64,000 nt of DNA from Candidatus Sulfotelmatobacter sp. (GTDB lineage: Bacteria; Eisenbacteria; RBG-16-71-46). How positions within the stretch are numbered: the first letter of the stretch is position 1; every line of letters starts with the position of its first letter. Location: NCBI GenBank assembly GCA_035498555.1, contig DATKAB010000093.1, forward strand, positions 27,675-91,674. Reading direction: 5' to 3'. Position numbers and translations under genes: made by a program. Positions 50,979 to 63,135 of this stretch are shown piece after piece. Below the pieces are notes generated by a model that saw only the letters and a program-made list of their open reading frames with translations, had not been told where the DNA came from and ran no database searches.

Positions 50979-51863
50979 TCAGGCCCTTGGATGGGCCTGG
51001 CGGTAGGCCTTCCTGAGCCGCGCCACGGAAACGTGCGTGTAGACCTGAGTGCTGGCCAGCGAGCGGTGGCCGAGCAATTCCTGGATCGCGCGCAGGTCGG
51101 CGCCACCATCGAGCAGGTGGCTCGCGAACGAATGGCGCAACGCATGCGGGCTCACGCCGAGGCCGGCCGCGATCCGGCCGAGCCGGTGCGCGGTGACGCG
51201 CTGCACGGTGCGTCCGGACAGCCGTCCGCCCCGCGCGTTCACGAAGATCGGCTGCTCGGCGCGGCGTTCGTGCACCGCGCGGCTCGCGAGATGCTCCGCG
51301 AGCGCCGCCAGCGCCGGCTCGCCGATCGGAACGACGCGCTCCCGCCGCCCCTTGCCCCGCACCCGCAGCACGCCGGCCTTCGAGTCGAGATCGCCATGGT
51401 TCAGCCCCACCAGCTCGGCGAGGCGGAGGCCGGACGAGTACATCACTTCGAGCAGGGCGCGATCGCGCACCGATCGAGGGTCGTCGCGATCGAGCCGATC
51501 GAGCGCGGCGTTCAGGTCGAGCGAGGGAATGGTGCGCGGCAGGCGCCGCGGCAGGCGCGGGAAGGTCAGTTCGCGCGCCGGATCTCGGTCGAGCACGCCG
51601 CGCCGCACGCAGAAGCGCGAGAAGCTGCGCCAGGCGGCCAGGGCGCGCGCGGTGCTCGAGGCGGCGAGCCGGGCGCGATACAGCTCGCGCATGGCGTGCT
51701 CGAGCGCGGCTCGGTTCCACTGCGCGGGCGAAACCGGATTCCCTTCACCGGCGAGTCCGTCGAGCACCCGCTCGATGTCGCGCCGGTAGGCGGTCAGCGT
51801 GTGCGGCGAGGCGCGGCGTTGCGCCGCCAGTTCGTCGAGAAAGCGCTCGAGAGCTTCACGCAC
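50979..51863 (-). CDS. xerC: Tyrosine recombinase XerC/XerD
   Basis: RHSFASHLL, HRSLASTQVYTH catalytic Tyr block. The GTG start overlaps the topA stop by 8 nt. Confidence 0.85.
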   Translation of the reverse strand: MREALERFLDELAAQRRASPHTLTAYRRDIERVLDGLAGEGNPVSPAQWNRAALEHAMRELYRARLAASSTARALAAWRSFSRFCVRRGVLDRDPARELTFPRLPRRLPRTIPSLDLNAALDRLDRDDPRSVRDRALLEVMYSSGLRLAELVGLNHGDLDSKAGVLRVRGKGRRERVVPIGEPALAALAEHLASRAVHERRAEQPIFVNARGGRLSGRTVQRVTAHRLGRIAAGLGVSPHALRHSFASHLLDGGADLRAIQELLGHRSLASTQVYTHVSVARLRKAYRQAHPRA

Positions 51864-54351
51864 CGACGGCTTCCGGCGCGAACTTCGACTTGCACTTGAG
51901 GCACTGGAGCCGCGTTCCGGCCTTGGAGTTCTTCTCGACCAGGAACGGCGCCTTGCAATTGGGGCAGGGAATCGGCCGCGGGCGATCCCACAGAGCGAAC
52001 TTGCACTCGGGATATCGCGTGCACGAAAAGAAAGTCTTGCCCTTGCGGCTGCGCTTCTCGGCGATCTCGCCCTTGCCGCACTCCGGACAGGTGACGCCGA
52101 GCGTGTAGGGCGCGGTGTAGTCGCATTCCGGTCGCCGCGAACAGTGAATGTAGCGACCATAGGGACCGTTGCGCGCCACCAGTCCCGAGCCGCACTTGGG
52201 GCAGGTGCCGGGCACCGGCACCGGCAGCTCCGAGGCGTCGAGCGGCTGCGTGTACTTGCACTCGGGATATCCCGGGCAGGCCAGGAACGCCCCGTTGCGC
52301 CCGAACTTCTTGACCAGCATGCGCCCGCAGTTCGGGCACGGAATGTCGGTCTTCTCCTGCAGCTTGGCCTTGAGCTGCTTGATCGAGCCCTTGGCCTTTT
52401 CGAGGTCCCGGCTGAGCGGTGTCCACAGGTCGCGCACCACCTGATGCCACTCCTGCTTCCCCTCTTCGACCTCGTCGAGCTCTTCCTCCATGCCGGCGGT
52501 GAACTCGACGTTGAACACATCGGGGAAGTTCTCGACCAGCAGCCGAGTCACCACCATGCCGAGATCGGTGGGCTTGAGCGAGCGCCCCTCGCGCTCGACG
52601 TAGTCGCGCTTGGTGATGGTCGAGACGATGGTCGCGTAGGTGCTCGGGCGGCCGATGTTCTCCTCTTCCAGCGCCTTGACCAGCGAGGCGTCGGTGTAGC
52701 GCGCGGGTGGCTTGGTGAAGTGCTGCTCGGGGCGCAGCGGCGCCGCGGGCGCCTCCCCTTCCTTCGGGGCGCTGACCGGCACGCTCGACACCTGGAGCCG
52801 CGCGCCGACCTCGAGCGCCGGCAGACGCGACTCGGTGGCATCGTCCTCTTCGTCGAATCCGTAGAGCTTCTGGAAGCCCGCGAACTTGAGCACGCGTCCG
52901 GTGGCGCGGAGCCCGAGGCGCCCGGCCTCGATCTCGACGGTGGTCGCATCGTACTGCGCGGGCGCGGCCTGCGAGGCCAGCGCACGCTTCCAGATCAGGT
53001 CGTAGATCCGGTACTGCTCCTCGGTGAGGTGGCGCTTGAGCAGATCGGGCGTGCGCGCCGCCGAGGTCGGCCGAATCGCCTCGTGGGCGTCCTGCGCCGA
53101 CTTCTTGCCCTTGAACTGTCGTGGGCTCTCGTGCACGTAGTCGGCGCCGAGGTGCTCGCCCAGCCACTGGCGCATTTCGGCGATCGCTTCGCCGGCGAGA
53201 CGCGGCGAATCGGTGCGCATGTAGGTGATGAGCCCCACGCTGCCCTGCGGGCCGAGGTCGATTCCCTCGTAGAGTTTCTGGGCGATCTGCATGGTGCGCT
53301 GGCTGGTGAAGCCGTACCGGTTGGAGGCGGTTTGCTGGAGCGTGCTGGTGATGAACGGCGGCTTGGGATGCTCGAGCCGCGGCTTCACCTCGATCGAGGC
53401 GATCTGCGAACTCGCGCTCCTCAGCTCCTCGGCGAGCTGCCCGGCCCGAGCCGCGCAGTCGGCGCCGCGGAGCTGCCCTTGTTCCAGTTCGTCCTCACCG
53501 ACCCTCACCAGCCGCGCGGTGAAGCGCTCGGGATTCGCGCCCTCGGTCTGGTAGTCGACCTCGATGGTCCAGTACTCCTCGGGGACGAACTTCGCGATCT
53601 CTTCCTCGCGCTCGCAGATCAGCCGCAGGGCCACGCTCTGAACGCGGCCGGCGGACAGGCCGTACTTGACCGTGCTCCACACGAACGGGCTGACCTTGTA
53701 GCCCACCAGCCGGTCGAGCACGCGCCGTGCCTGCTGCGCGTTCACCAGATTCATGTCGATGTCGCGCGGATTCTTGATGGCCTCCTGCACCGCGCGCTGC
53801 GTGATCTCGTTGAAGGTCAGGCGTTGGACCGGGCGCCTGGCGGCGGCGATCGCGCCCGCCAGGTGCCAGGCGATGGCCTCGCCCTCGCGGTCGGGGTCGG
53901 GCGCGAGATAGACGCGCTCGACCTGCTTCGCGGCCGACTGAATGCGCGCGAGTGCCTGATTCTTGTCGCGGATCGGCACGTACTCGGGCTCGAAGTCGTT
54001 GTCGATGTCAACGCCGAGCTGGCTCTTCGGCAAGTCCATGACGTGGCCGTTGGAGGCCAGCACGGTGTAGTCGCGCCCGAGGAACTTGTTGAGCGTGCGC
54101 GATTTTGCCGGCGACTCCACCACCACCAGAGTCCTGGCGCGCCCGACGCGGACTTCCGCCTCGCCATCCGCGCCCTCGGCGGACTTCTTCGCGCGAGTCG
54201 CGCGCGCCGGCTTCTTTGCGGCGGACTTCCTGGCCAAGGGCTTCGGCGACTCCTCCGCCGGCGTCACCGGTTCCGAGGGCAAGGGTTCGCGGGCGCCCTT
54301 CTTCGGCGCCGGCTTCTTCCTCCTCGAACTGGGATCAGTGCGTGCGGTCAA
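51856..54351 (-). CDS. topA: DNA topoisomerase I (with Lys/Ala/Pro-rich N-terminal extension; TTG start)
   Basis: TOPRIM (TLVVVESPAKS), a catalytic Tyr domain and four C-terminal C4 zinc ribbons. A 70-aa KKPAPKK-rich N-terminal tail precedes the TOPRIM domain. The start overlaps smg by 17 nt. Confidence 0.88.
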   Translation of the reverse strand: MTARTDPSSRRKKPAPKKGAREPLPSEPVTPAEESPKPLARKSAAKKPARATRAKKSAEGADGEAEVRVGRARTLVVVESPAKSRTLNKFLGRDYTVLASNGHVMDLPKSQLGVDIDNDFEPEYVPIRDKNQALARIQSAAKQVERVYLAPDPDREGEAIAWHLAGAIAAARRPVQRLTFNEITQRAVQEAIKNPRDIDMNLVNAQQARRVLDRLVGYKVSPFVWSTVKYGLSAGRVQSVALRLICEREEEIAKFVPEEYWTIEVDYQTEGANPERFTARLVRVGEDELEQGQLRGADCAARAGQLAEELRSASSQIASIEVKPRLEHPKPPFITSTLQQTASNRYGFTSQRTMQIAQKLYEGIDLGPQGSVGLITYMRTDSPRLAGEAIAEMRQWLGEHLGADYVHESPRQFKGKKSAQDAHEAIRPTSAARTPDLLKRHLTEEQYRIYDLIWKRALASQAAPAQYDATTVEIEAGRLGLRATGRVLKFAGFQKLYGFDEEDDATESRLPALEVGARLQVSSVPVSAPKEGEAPAAPLRPEQHFTKPPARYTDASLVKALEEENIGRPSTYATIVSTITKRDYVEREGRSLKPTDLGMVVTRLLVENFPDVFNVEFTAGMEEELDEVEEGKQEWHQVVRDLWTPLSRDLEKAKGSIKQLKAKLQEKTDIPCPNCGRMLVKKFGRNGAFLACPGYPECKYTQPLDASELPVPVPGTCPKCGSGLVARNGPYGRYIHCSRRPECDYTAPYTLGVTCPECGKGEIAEKRSRKGKTFFSCTRYPECKFALWDRPRPIPCPNCKAPFLVEKNSKAGTRLQCLKCKSKFAPEAVGA

Positions 54352-54813
54352 CGTCCAGTTGCGGCATGAACAGGCCGCTCTCCTCGTCCACGCGGAGCGC
54401 CACCCGGACCGCGACCTCGCGGGCCAGCTCCAGATCCACCGGCCGGATGCCGGTGCCGTTCAAATGATCGAGCACCCGCTCGAACTGGGCGGCGTCGAGC
54501 GTGCCACGCCGGCGCAGGTCGAGCAGGAACCCCCAGGCCTCGGGGCTCAGCGTCGCGCGCTCCTCGCTGCTCAGCACGCGATGCGCGGCGCGCCCGGGCT
54601 GAGCCAGCCCCCCGAAATCGGGCGCCACCGCCTCGGCATTGAAGCTGCGCAGCAGCTGGAGCGCCCCGTGCAGCTCGTCGCCGTCGAGCCCGGCCTCCTC
54701 GAAGCGCTCGCCCAGCGCCTCGAAGGCGAGCTCGTCGCCCTCCAGATAGGCCTCGAGCTGTTCGGCCAGCAGTCGGACCGCGCGCAACACGCCGTCACCC
54801 CGCCGCGCGCCGC

Positions 54814-54817
<4 letters not shown>
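54335..54817 (-). CDS. smg: Smg protein (DUF494)
   Basis: RVLSSEERATLSPEAWGFLLDL aligns with E. coli Smg [22 protein letters not shown]. Located immediately upstream of topA, as in the dprA-smg-topA arrangement. It is the last 160 aa of a 451-aa artefactual ORF. Confidence 0.8.
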
Positions 54818-57777
<2,960 letters not shown>

Positions 57778-58033
57778 GGGCCTCTGCAGGATAGGGGCTA
57801 TGTCAAGCGAGGGGGCGGCGGGGCGGGAATCCGAGGACGGAGGCCCGCCGGCGGGGCATTGGATGAGTCATGCTCTGAAGATTGCAGTTTGACCCCGGAA
57901 AGCCAAGCCAGCAAATCTGTTGCAGCCAGGAAGGTAGAATACGGGGCAGATCGTTCCGGCCCAATCCCTGGCGTCGATGTAACCGCAATCTTCCGAGCAC
58001 CAGCGTTGAGATGCCGTCGGCGCCACAAGCGTC

Positions 58034-58061
58034 GCGGCCCGATGCGAAGCATCGGGCCGCG
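58034..58061 (-). terminator. Perfect 12-bp GC-rich hairpin (GCGGCCCGATGC-gaag-GCATCGGGCCGC) 23 nt downstream of the csp stop
   Basis: Read directly from the sequence. There is no U-tract (a high-GC style terminator). Confidence 0.45.
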
Positions 58062-58083
58062 CGCTCCGGACTGGCGTTAGCGT

Positions 58084-58284
58084 TCAGATACGAATGACGT
58101 GAGCCGCCTCCGCGCCCCTTTCACTGTTCTTGATGTCGAATTCGACTTGCTCGCCCGCGTGCAGCGTGCGGAAGCCGCTGCCCTCGATCGAAGCATGGTG
58201 GACGAAGACGTCCTGCTGTCCTTCGGCCGAGATGAATCCGTAACCCTTGCGATCGTTGAACCACGTGACGGTGCCACGCGCCAT
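58084..58284 (-). CDS. csp: Cold-shock protein (CspA family)
   Basis: MARGTVTWFNDRKGYGFI...VFVHHSAI with RNP1/RNP2 motifs. 66 aa. The upstream ATG in ORF 58084..58368 was rejected. Confidence 0.9.
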   Translation of the reverse strand: MARGTVTWFNDRKGYGFISAEGQQDVFVHHASIEGSGFRTLHAGEQVEFDIKNSERGAEAAHVIRI

Positions 58285-58443
58285 GGTGGTCCTCCCTGGT
58301 ACCAAGGTTCTGCTCGGACCGGTCCGGAGCCGCGAGCGAGAGTGCGCCGGCCCCTGGGGCGGGGTCAAGCAAGGAATGACGAAAGTGTTTCCGTCCTGGA
58401 AAAAAGTGACGGTCGGATCCCGCGGCGTGGCCGCGCACGTCGC

Positions 58444-59391
58444 TCAACCCTCGCCGGGACGTCGGGCGCGCAGCTTCGCGCGCCGGCCCGACCAGCGGGC
58501 GTCGATTTCGCGGGCCACCGCGTGCTCGGGGTCGTGCTCGAGCACCAGCGCCGCTTGCTCCGCCGCGGCCGAGAACGCTCCGAGCGCCTCGAGCGAGCGC
58601 GCCAGCAGCGCGCGGGCGTCGTGGAAGTCCGGGTTCAGCTCGATCGCGCGCGCCAGCGCGCTCATCGCGTCGTCGGGATGTCCGCGCTGCAGCTCGATGG
58701 CGCCGAGCAGGGCGTGGAGGTCGGGATAGGCCGGATGCCGTTCGAGTAGACGCGTGAGCTGCTCTGCGGCTCCGGTGGCGTCGTCGTTGGCCAGCCGCGT
58801 GCGCACCTCGGTGATCGCCTCGGCAAGCCCCGGCTCGGCCACTTGCAACGACCGTCTGAGCAGCGAATCCGCCTCGTCCCAGTCGCCGCGCTCGAGACTC
58901 TGGATGCCGAGCTGAAAGGTTTGAGGCTCATCGAGCGCGCCCTCCCGCGCCAGCGTCCGCAACACATCGAGAGCCTCGCCGACGTTCCCCTCGCGCGCGT
59001 CGAGCAACGCGCGATCGAGCCGCGCCTCGACGAATCGGGGCTGGAGCTTGAGCGCGCGCTCGAGCGCCCGGCGTGCCTCCCGCCGGCGATCGAGACGAAG
59101 CAGCGCGCGCGCGTGGCGGCACTGGAGGTCGGCGAAATCACCCCGGGCCCGGGTGGCGCGATCGAGGGCGCGTTCGGCGGTGGCGTAGTCGCGCGCGCGC
59201 TCGCAGGCGGTGGCGACGTCGGCCAGCGCGTTGGCCGCGGACGCGCGCTCGGAGGGCGCGGAGGCACTCTCCAGGGCGGCCTCGATGGCCTCGATGGCGG
59301 CGGCTGGATTCCCGGCCTGGGCGAGGGATCGTGCGGCGTCCAATTGAGCGGCGAACGCCACCGACGGTTCCTCGCCGCGCTTCCCGCTCAT
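58444..59391 (-). CDS. Tetratricopeptide-repeat protein
   Basis: Seven to eight TPR-like helical repeats with Ala/Leu/Arg-rich composition. Confidence 0.65.
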   Translation of the reverse strand: MSGKRGEEPSVAFAAQLDAARSLAQAGNPAAAIEAIEAALESASAPSERASAANALADVATACERARDYATAERALDRATRARGDFADLQCRHARALLRLDRRREARRALERALKLQPRFVEARLDRALLDAREGNVGEALDVLRTLAREGALDEPQTFQLGIQSLERGDWDEADSLLRRSLQVAEPGLAEAITEVRTRLANDDATGAAEQLTRLLERHPAYPDLHALLGAIELQRGHPDDAMSALARAIELNPDFHDARALLARSLEALGAFSAAAEQAALVLEHDPEHAVAREIDARWSGRRAKLRARRPGEG

Positions 59392-59416
59392 CGGTGGCCC
59401 TCCGCCCGCGAAGGAA

Positions 59417-60070
59417 TCAGGGATGGGGCATGAGGAGCTTCATCGCGTAGCCGGAGAACAGCGTCATGCCCAGGTTGTCATCCAGAGGTATCGGCAGGAG
59501 TTCGACCGCACTTGCGACCAGCGCCCCGGCGATCGCCACCCCCCACGGCAGGTGCCCGGCGAGGGCCAGGAATGACGCCCAGGCGAGACACGCCGCGAGC
59601 CCGCCGAGAAACCCTTCGAGCGATTTTCGGAACACGCGCGTCCGCCCGTAGGCGGTGCCGACGATCGCCGCAAAGGTGTCTCCCACCACCGTGAAGCCGA
59701 TCGCAGCTGCCGCCACCGGCTGCGAGAAGATCTCGATCGCCAGCAGCGCCGCCAGCAGCAGGTAGGTCGAGCCCAAGAGGCTCAGCTTCTCGTGCTCGCG
59801 GATCATCTCGCCGAAGAACTGGCGGATGAAATTGCGAATGCGCGGCTCGTGCAGTCGCAACAGATCGGCGGCGATCGCCACCACCACCAGCAGCAGGAAG
59901 ACGGTGCGAAACTCGCCGCGGCTGCGCGGCCACGGCAGCATCGGATACAAGAGCTCGAGCGGGAGCAGCAGAAACGAGAGATGGATCGCCTTGCGCCGCA
60001 CTTCGGCGAGGAACGAGCGCGAGCGCAGCGGTGCGAGTGGATCCGATCCGGGCGGCGTGGCGGACGTCAC
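59417..60070 (-). CDS. CdsA / dolichol-kinase-family integral membrane cytidylyltransferase-like protein (short form)
   Basis: Six TM segments and a C-terminal DTFAAIVGTAYGRTRVFRKSLEGFLGG block matching the CdsA signature S/GDxxAYxxGxxxG...K(T/S)xEG. Confidence 0.55.
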   Translation of the reverse strand: MTSATPPGSDPLAPLRSRSFLAEVRRKAIHLSFLLLPLELLYPMLPWPRSRGEFRTVFLLLVVVAIAADLLRLHEPRIRNFIRQFFGEMIREHEKLSLLGSTYLLLAALLAIEIFSQPVAAAAIGFTVVGDTFAAIVGTAYGRTRVFRKSLEGFLGGLAACLAWASFLALAGHLPWGVAIAGALVASAVELLPIPLDDNLGMTLFSGYAMKLLMPHP

Positions 60071-60118
60071 GGGTGCGAGCGTATCACGCCACGTTCCGCG
60101 TGCCCCCCGAGCCGAGCG

Positions 60119-60865
60119 TTAACGATAGAGCGACTTGATCGCCCCCCAGGTCGGGCGCCCGGTCGAGGTCGGTCCGCAGAAGTCGATGCCGCCGCCCCGG
60201 CAGTCCACCGCGCTCTGCCAGCTGGCCGCGGTTCCGCCCGACCCGAAGGTGTAGGCACCGGTGGTCGCGCTCTCCACCACGGCTCCGTCGTTCCAAAAAC
60301 ATGCGGAGAACGAGCAACCCCCGCAGGCTCCGGCGCCGCCGGTGTTCCCGCGCGAGAAGCGCAGGCGGAAGATCGCGTAACGAATCCCCTGCGAGAGGGT
60401 GAGCGGCACTCCCGGCGGCACGATCGCGCGCAAGAGAACCACCTGGGATCGCGTATCGCAGGGCGTCTGGAACTGGGCGGTGATCGTCGCGCGGCCGAGC
60501 CAGGCGTCCACGCAGCCCGATGGGTAAGGGGGGCTCGGATCCACCGAGAAATCATCGGCCCGGCATCCGCCCGGCTGGATCTGCCACCAGTCGGGAAGCG
60601 TCGCCTGATCCGATTCGAATTCGATGAACGCGGTGGCACTGCTGACATTGGAGACCGTCTCGGGCGGAATCAGCGTCAGGATGAGGTCGAAGGGCGCGCC
60701 GGTGTCGCCGTCGCAGGCGAACGTCTGGAGCGGAACGCCGGAAGGCGGCGCGCAGCTGCTCCAGTTGAGATAAGGCGAGGCCTGGGCTTGCGCGAGCTGC
60801 GGAAACACGGTGAGCAGAACGACGGAACCGACGACGAGTCGGACGGTGCGGATCGAGCGGGCCAT
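60119..60865 (-). CDS. Secreted cysteine-rich hypothetical protein
   Basis: GGAGGAG RBS plus ATG 60865. Signal peptide ending AQAQA. About 11 Cys including CGGCSFSAC. No recognisable family. Confidence 0.5.
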   Translation of the reverse strand: MARSIRTVRLVVGSVVLLTVFPQLAQAQASPYLNWSSCAPPSGVPLQTFACDGDTGAPFDLILTLIPPETVSNVSSATAFIEFESDQATLPDWWQIQPGGCRADDFSVDPSPPYPSGCVDAWLGRATITAQFQTPCDTRSQVVLLRAIVPPGVPLTLSQGIRYAIFRLRFSRGNTGGAGACGGCSFSACFWNDGAVVESATTGAYTFGSGGTAASWQSAVDCRGGGIDFCGPTSTGRPTWGAIKSLYR

Positions 60866-60953
60866 GGGGTACTCCTCCGGGTTCGTCGAGCACCATGGTC
60901 TCACCCGGTCGCGGGCGAGTCACGCGATTCCCGCTGGATTCTCGGGGGCTGAA

Positions 60954-63128
60954 CTACCGCGCCACGTAGGGTTCCAACTCCCGGTACGCCTGCCGGTAGG
61001 CGAGGATCCGCCGCGCGTAGTCCTGGGCATCGGCGTTCGAGGCGAACTCGCAGAACAGCGCCTCTCCCCCGTGCGCGATGAGGTCGCGCCAGAAGGGCGG
61101 CACGGTCGAGGCGCCGGCGTTGTAGGCGGAGAGGGCCACGGGAATGTGCCCGTCGAACCGCGCGATCAGGCGCGCGAGATAGCGCGCGCCCCACTGCAGG
61201 TTGGTGGCGGGATCGAGCAGCGGCGTGTCATCGATGGGCTTCGGCTCGTGATTCCAGCGCGCCGCGTCCTGCGCCGCTGGGAGCAGCAACTGCATCAGGC
61301 CGACCGCGTTGCTGGTCGAGCGGGCCTGGGGATCGAACCGGCTCTCCTGCCGCATCGTCGCCCACAGCAACGCCGGCTCGAGCTTCATGGTGTCGGCGGT
61401 CGCGACCACCAGCGAGTCGAAGGCCGGCGGGTAGGCCCAGGGAACATAGGTCCATTGCCGATCCACGGGCAGGACCTCTGCTTCACGTGACGCTTGAAGG
61501 GCGAGCGAGGCGGTGAGCCAGGGTCGGCTGAAGCTCCAGCCGAGCTCGGCGCCGATCAATGCGTCGCTCGGCAGCGACGAATCGCGCGCGGCGGAGACAC
61601 GCGGGTCGCGCGCGAGCCAGCGCGCGTCCAGGCGCATGACTTCGTCGAGCATCCCGGCCTCCGCCAACTCCCTCGAGCGCTCACGGAAATCGTTCATCGT
61701 CGGCGCCGCGACTTCGATCGAGTCGCCCCGACCCCGCAATCCCAGCGTGTCGCGCGCCGCGGCGCGATAGAACTGGTAGCCGGGAAGTTCGGCGAGCGCT
61801 CGGAGCAACTTCTCTCCTCGCGGGTCGTGTCGCTGGCGAAGCGCCACCCCACGCCAGAAGCGGGCCGACTCGAGCGTGTCGCGCGCCCATTCGCCGAGCG
61901 CGGCGTCGGGCTTCCCGGCGGCGAACCACATCAGGCCCGAGAGAAAACGCGACTCGTCCCGGCGGCTGCCCGCGGCGCGTGCGCGCTCGAACGCCTTCGC
62001 GGCGTCCCCGAACTTGCCGGCGTCCTGCAGCTCGCGGGCCCGCTCCCACAGGGCGACGCCGCGCGTCTCCCCCGCGGGAGCGAGCGCGGCGACACGCGCG
62101 AACGTCACCAGCGAAGAATCCGAGAAGCGCGCGTCGCGCTGGATGCGCGCGCGCTCCAGCAGGGCGAGCGCTCTCGTGGCCGTGTCGGACGCGGTGCGAT
62201 AGGCGGCGATCGCCGAGGCACGCGCGGTGTCGAACAGCCGGGCGCGGCGCCCGACCTGGGCGGTGCGCAGCGCCAGGCCCGCGCGCTGGTCGCGCTCGGC
62301 GGAGGGCAGGCGCGCGGCGAGGCGCCGCGTCGCCGCCCCGAAACTGCCGCGCAGAGCTTCGACTTCGGCTGCGGAACGCGCGTCCGTGTAACTCAGCGAG
62401 TCGTGGCGCGCCGCCTGGATGCTCTCGGCAAGGCGCAGGGCCGTCGAGGCTCCCGGCAACGCGGGATAGCGGCGCATCGCAGCGCGGGCCTGATCGAGGG
62501 CACGCGTGGTATCGGCGCGGAGCGCTGCGATCCTTGCCGCCTCGGCGGTCCAGTTCGCGCGCTCGGTGTCCAGCCAGTCTTTCGTGTCGGCGGTCGTCAG
62601 CATCGAGTCGGCCCCGATGGTGTCCCCGCGCGCGAGCGCCAGCCGCTCGCGCGCCTGCAGCGCGTCCCACGCCCAGATCGAGCGCGCGAGATCGGGAACC
62701 GCGAGCGCCGAGTCGGCGCCCGCAGTGTCGCCGCGCTGCGCGAGCAGCGCGCTCATGCGCAGCAACGCGGGCTCGCGGACGAGCGGCCGGGAGGTGCGCA
62801 GTCGCCACAGCTCCAGACTGTCCAGCGCCAGCGGCCGACCTGTCTCGCCATCCCCGGCTCCAGACTCCGCCCACTGCGGAATCGCCGGGAGCTGAGGACG
62901 CCATTCGATCCGGCCGCCGATGCGCCGGGGAGGCCCGGTGCCATCCCAGTCGAATGTCCGCGGTACGAACGGAGGGACGGGCCTGACCGTGTCCGCCGGC
63001 GCCTTTCCCGCGATCGGCGCAGCGGGTTTCACGCCCGGCCGGCTCGCCGCGCATCCCCACACCAGCGACACGCACAACGCCGCCGCGAGCCGGCGCCGAA
63101 TCCCTGGCGTGGCTCGCGCGCTCAGCAA
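60954..63128 (-). CDS. Soluble lytic murein transglycosylase (Slt70-like; superhelical N-domain plus SLT catalytic domain), probable lipoprotein
   Basis: SLT motif ESRFDPQARSTSNAVGLMQLL with the catalytic Glu. Long alpha-helical N-terminal region. Lipobox-like LVWGCAAS. Confidence 0.8.
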   Translation of the reverse strand: MLSARATPGIRRRLAAALCVSLVWGCAASRPGVKPAAPIAGKAPADTVRPVPPFVPRTFDWDGTGPPRRIGGRIEWRPQLPAIPQWAESGAGDGETGRPLALDSLELWRLRTSRPLVREPALLRMSALLAQRGDTAGADSALAVPDLARSIWAWDALQARERLALARGDTIGADSMLTTADTKDWLDTERANWTAEAARIAALRADTTRALDQARAAMRRYPALPGASTALRLAESIQAARHDSLSYTDARSAAEVEALRGSFGAATRRLAARLPSAERDQRAGLALRTAQVGRRARLFDTARASAIAAYRTASDTATRALALLERARIQRDARFSDSSLVTFARVAALAPAGETRGVALWERARELQDAGKFGDAAKAFERARAAGSRRDESRFLSGLMWFAAGKPDAALGEWARDTLESARFWRGVALRQRHDPRGEKLLRALAELPGYQFYRAAARDTLGLRGRGDSIEVAAPTMNDFRERSRELAEAGMLDEVMRLDARWLARDPRVSAARDSSLPSDALIGAELGWSFSRPWLTASLALQASREAEVLPVDRQWTYVPWAYPPAFDSLVVATADTMKLEPALLWATMRQESRFDPQARSTSNAVGLMQLLLPAAQDAARWNHEPKPIDDTPLLDPATNLQWGARYLARLIARFDGHIPVALSAYNAGASTVPPFWRDLIAHGGEALFCEFASNADAQDYARRILAYRQAYRELEPYVAR

Positions 63129-63135
63129 CGCCCGC

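Noticed and set aside
57795-57810. TTGACA hexamer 24 nt upstream of the secA ATG
   Set aside because: No acceptable -10 element at 16-18 nt spacing, and it is too close to the start codon to be a -35 box.
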